A stretch of 64,000 bases of DNA from an uncultured Gemmatimonadales bacterium (GTDB lineage Bacteria > Gemmatimonadota > Gemmatimonadetes > Longimicrobiales > RSA9), in NCBI GenBank assembly GCA_963798845.1, contig CAWCUS010000002.1:10073-74072 (forward strand). The letters run 5' to 3'. The notes beneath the pieces are model-generated. The model made no database searches and was not told where the DNA came from. It was given only the letters and a program-made list of their open reading frames with translations. Below are positions 63,801-64,000 of the stretch, one piece after another (the stretch's first letter is position 1; every line of letters starts with the position of its first letter). Both the position numbers and the translations under genes were made by a program.

Positions 63801-64000
63801 CTGGAGGAGGGGATCGGCGTCCTGCCCACGCTGCTGCTGAGAAAGGACACGTACCGCAGCATGGTCGGCGGCGACGGGGCGTGCATGGGGTGCGGCGAGA
63901 AGACCACGGTTCACCTGATCACGTCCACGATCGAAGCGCTCATGCAGCCGCGCGTGGCGCGGTTCGTGGAGCACCTGGACGAGCTGATCGCCGGCCTGGA
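60828..64000 (+). CDS. nifJ: Pyruvate:ferredoxin (flavodoxin) oxidoreductase, single-polypeptide type; 3' end beyond the window
   Basis: The ATG at 60828 overlaps the RnfB-like stop (ATGA). The frame stays open to the window end, which is why it is not in the ORF track. My own translation gives AGAYPITPSTQMGEGW and YRLEDADYVLVGQGSVIPNAEAVADYL...MVMFRPFP. It also gives ferredoxin motifs CTGCAQCWIQCP (63240) and CKGCNICVNVCA (63648), and GDGACMGCGEKT (~63870). Confidence 0.9.
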   Translation, partial: MKIPFSKKPATADEPRFPGVPEAIDGSTAIVQMETAGSEAAGAYPITPSTQMGEGWALAVSQGATNVNGRRLLFFEPEGEHAAAGVTAGMSMVGLRATNFSSGQGIAYMHESLYAAAGKRLTYVLNVAARAMTKHALNVHAGHDDYHAVDDTGFFQLFAKDVQSAADLNLIAHRIAELSLNPGLVAQDGFLTSHVIETIRLPERELVREYLGDPSDIIESPTPAQRMVFGEMRRRIPELFDVDYPAMLGTVQNQDSYAQGVAAQRPFYFDHVRALADRAMSEFAELSGRRYAPVLGYRLEDADYVLVGQGSVIPNAEAVADYLREKRGLKVGVLDMVMFRPFPSDLVARALAGKKAVAVLERVDQPLAVDAPLLREIRAAMSKAVENGRVARAGKPVPPRYPLPENLTVKLPHEGLPALAADQVPDFYSGGFGFGSRDLQAGDLVAAVENMTEGGSGRRQYYLGIEFVRKSTRLPKLEIWQQQLIEAYPKLPELALEPVKAVNLLPEGSTALRIHSVGGWGAITMGKNVALTAFELAGLHVKANPKYGSEKKGQPTTFYATLSREPVKINAELKHVDVVLSPDPNVFRHSNPLAGLSKGGVFVIQSDLSPEAAWDSFPSDAKRYIRSQGIKVYAIDGFSIAGEEASDPELRYRMQGAAFMGAFFKVAPLAEREGLDEATLLAGIQDQMKRKFGKLGDRVVQDNVRVIRRGFDEVKEVVPRAEEGEPNQVALPVAGVPEMLDVPVAEIGIGNPGRFFEQVCSLYGAGEEPIADPYAAMSAIPAATSVIRDMTNIRFEVPAFNAEKCTGCAQCWIQCPDSAIPGLVNTVEDLLDTAIRTASNGRSLDRIRQVSKHLSKEARKVIEGVPFNNFGDTLKAAYRNLVPKLNWEPERRQELDDDFAAVYPILAQFPLAKTQPFWDVPEGKEKGSGGLLSITVNPEACKGCNICVNVCADGALTTIKQDDEVVEALRRNWAFWKELPDTADRYINVRDLEEGIGVLPTLLLRKDTYRSMVGGDGACMGCGEKTTVHLITSTIEALMQPRVARFVEHLDELIAGL

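Noticed and set aside
60714-63974. 1086-aa minus-strand ORF
   Set aside because: It is an antisense shadow of the PFOR gene. Its translation is Arg/His/Leu/Pro-rich with no motifs, whereas the plus frame from 60828 gives canonical PFOR motifs at several checked points.
1-64000. Mobile elements, prophage, defence systems, rRNA/tRNA genes
   Set aside because: No transposase, integrase, recombinase, restriction-modification, toxin-antitoxin or cas-like translation appears in any frame. No rRNA-like or cloverleaf-forming segment was noticed, and the composition is uniform apart from short AT-rich spacers.

Overview
High-GC (roughly two-thirds G+C by eye) bacterial chromosomal segment. It is densely coded, with about 55 supportable CDS. 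Many genes are joined by ATGA, GTGA, TGATG or TAATG stop/start overlaps. I found no rRNA, tRNA, CRISPR array, transposase, integrase or phage gene. All functional calls come from motifs I recognise in the supplied translations; no database search was possible. CDS starts are anchored to the ORF track. Coordinates of non-coding features could be off by 1-2 nt. Many of the long ORFs in the track are antisense or frame shadows typical of high-GC DNA and were discarded.

Gene order:
- 3' end of a xanthine-dehydrogenase-family Mo subunit.
- Small detox/stress genes: VOC, ArsR+SRPBCC, DinB, nitroreductase.
- SPOR lipoprotein, then an HcrB-like FAD subunit.
- FNT channel and EamA exporter.
- A translationally coupled run of dipeptide epimerase, ECF sigma, anti-sigma and YbjQ.
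- bcp plus two very large cytoplasmic PAS/GAF histidine kinases.
- pncA-gdh, then a gdh-ispG spacer built from two opposed tandem-repeat arrays.
- ispG, GT2, a DUF3667-like gene, TfoX_N, a heme-c lipoprotein and a methyltransferase.
- M13 peptidase, esterase and RlpA.
- A GlgE-pathway alpha-glucan supercluster: glgE (frameshifted), treS-pep2, malQ, glgB, GH57.
- A four-gene envelope cluster: Ig-repeat HExxH metalloprotease (frameshifted), two unknown lipoproteins and a beta-barrel-like protein.
- Two tandem M14-like peptidase paralogues, OsmC and a beta-barrel-like protein.
- cspA with a terminator-like leader, then infA.
- A 640-bp non-coding gap.
- korAB, an unknown protein, an RnfB-like polyferredoxin and PFOR, running off the window end.

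Most worth a second look:
- The mirrored repeat arrays at 18.1-18.7 kb.
- The protease/lipoprotein/barrel cluster at 42-47.9 kb.
- The KOR-X-RnfB-PFOR block.
- The cspA leader.
- Two independent homopolymer frameshifts, in glgE and in the protease.
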